64,000 nt of DNA, taken from contig CATNEN010000034.1 in assembly GCA_950097015.1 (NCBI GenBank), positions 2,108,001 through 2,172,000 of the forward strand, written 5' to 3'. The translations under genes were made by a program, and so were the position numbers. Shown one piece after another: positions 62,066 to 64,000 of the stretch. The number at the start of each line of letters is the position of its first letter. Within the stretch, counting starts at the first letter, position 1. Under the pieces are notes generated by a model. That model saw nothing but the letters and a program-made list of their open reading frames with translations. It was not told where the DNA came from and did not search any database. The DNA comes from Macrostomum hystrix (lineage: Eukaryota; Animalia; Platyhelminthes).

Positions 62066-64000
62066 TCAAGAGAAAGGTAAACACCGAAGTACTACGCGCT
62101 CTCCAATACTAATTCCACATTTCAGATCTGGGATATGAGCCCATAGGAAGGTCACCAATCCCACCTGATTAAACACCCTATAGAATTCCCGCTGGGTATT
62201 GCGGGATTTGCGCCCTACTTCGTGCACTCTGTCCTTCTCGTCCATTTCGCGCCTCCGTCGCCAGGCCTGCAGATGAGAGTGCGTTGCCAAGGATAAATAA
62301 CAGAATCGCCATGGCAACCACTCGCCAGTGGTTGTGTAGAAAGACAAAGGTTAGCTTTCCACACTCACCCCGCATAGAATGGCTATCACAAGAGCTAGGA
62401 TTCCGATAAAGTACAGCACAGCGAATCCAATGATGGCGTACTTCTCGTTGCCATACAAATCGTGGGGGCTAGTTATGGAGTGCCAAATACTCAGCAGTAC
62501 CAAGAAGATCAGGTTGAAAAGTACTGCCTTGTCCTGAAAGTTAGTCGGATTATACCAGATAAACAGACAGTGACACAACTGCAGCTATCGTGCTGCCCAT
62601 CTAAGAGATGCGTACAGCTGCTCAGTCCATGGACTGGGTCGGGCGCCATACCCGCATACCTTAATTTCTACTCCATGTAATTTCTACTACACCTTAATTT
62701 CTAGACGATATTACAATAGCAAACATATAACATCAAATTCATAACACAAGCAGAAAAGATCAATCAGAAACGCGCACACATGGCCTTATATATATTGAGC
62801 CCTGACAACTGCTTTTGCTTCAATTGTAATCAGAGAACACGAAGAATTTAAGCGAATTGTGCATAAAGGTAGCAGGTATGTAAGCTTTTTACTCGTATGT
62901 TAACGCTATAATTTTCAGACGATAAAGTAATGCGAGAAGGCAGCTAAGACCAATGGCCCCTAGAAGAAGAAAGACGGGACGCTTCGTTTCTTGGAAAATT
63001 TATTAAAGGCAGATTTTTCACGGAAATGCACTAGCACCATAGGAATTTTTTTCACGTTTTCACATTAAAATGTTAATAGTTTAATATACGAATATCTTGC
63101 AAAACATGTTGCTAAAACGAATTTTGGAAAACTTTATTCATGGATAATTTATTTTTATTTTATTTTTGTTTATTTCTGATGAAGCACACAAGTCAGTCAA
63201 TAGCTATCAAGTGACTAACTCAATTTTATAGTCACTTTCTAATCAAGTATAAGTTTAGTACGAGAATTATGCAGTATGTTTTCATCAAGAAATGAGTAGG
63301 CCAGGCTATTCGCAAAGTATTTGTCTACTTGGTTGCTATTGTGCTGCATGATAAATAAAGAAAATAAAATGAAGATCAATTTTTAATGAATGAAGATTTC
63401 TAAAAGTCGCTGAAGCAACATGTTTTCCGAGTTTTTTTAAGAACAGTAATTGGATCCGCTCCTAATAAAAAGTTATCTACATTTTTTGTGAAAGAAAACT
63501 TGAAAAAGTTACTATCTCGCTTGTGCATTTTCCGTGAAAATCAGCCTTTAATAAATTTTCCAGGAAACTAAGTGTCCAGTCCTTCTTCTAGGGGTCCTTG
63601 GCAAAAACTCACCAGAATTGTTAGATAGGAGATGCGCGGAATGCTGTTCGTGACCACAAACTTGAATGTGATTGTGGTGAGCAGTAGGATGAAGGACAAC
63701 TGCAGCCGGCCCTGCAGATTCAACCGGTCGATGGCGAACACGCACATGGCCAAGGCGCACAGGATGAAGGACACGAACCAGATGTTCACCATATAGAACA
63801 TGGACCTGCGCGTTGCCCTGGTCGTGAAGTTCAGAGCTGGCCTCTGCCGCGGTCCGATGTGGCTATCAGAAATGATCGACGTGTTAGTAGTTTCAACGTG
63901 CGTGTGCAGTCGCCACTCTTGAACGTCCATGAAGGTGCTGGTGAGGACGCGACAAGGCCGGTCTGGCATCACCTGCAGGTCGATGGCCCAATTAGGCAGG
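62066..64000 (-). CDS. Pentameric ligand-gated ion channel subunit, 3' part (end of ECD, M1-M4, tail); starts beyond window
   Basis: Exons >64000-63613 (FMDVQEWRL; M1 RRSMFYMVNIWFVSFILC; M2 RLQLSFILLLTTITFKFVV; PRISYLTIL), 62533-62369 (DKAVLFNLIFLVLLSIWHSI = M3; short loop; M4) and from 62266 (AWRRRREMDEKD..). The 3' end of the last exon is uncertain. Confidence 0.85.

Overview
Animal (spliceosomal-intron) genomic DNA, not prokaryotic. GC-rich exons separated by many unrelated minisatellite arrays resemble a flatworm such as Macrostomum; this is inference only. All recognisable host genes are on the minus strand: the 5' end of an ABCC/MRP1-type transporter (TMD0 exons), a complete UBA2/SAE2 (3 coding exons, 639 aa), a complete DENND6 (7 coding exons, 607 aa), an intronless TRPV-like channel, and the transmembrane end of a pentameric ligand-gated ion channel. 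The main finding is a 14.2-kb DNA transposon (43327-57568) inserted in the TRPV-like coding sequence with an 8-bp target-site duplication. It has Foldback-style inverted arms of about 3.7 and 2.9 kb, each containing a 111-bp tandem array, and two convergent internal genes. One is a spliced NOF/Mutator-type DDE transposase fused to a USP-like cysteine-protease domain with an apparently intact Cys-His-Asp triad. The other is an orphan protein with a long charged helix and a basic NLS, followed by a 25-bp perfect hairpin. All family assignments come from motif recognition by eye; no database search was run.
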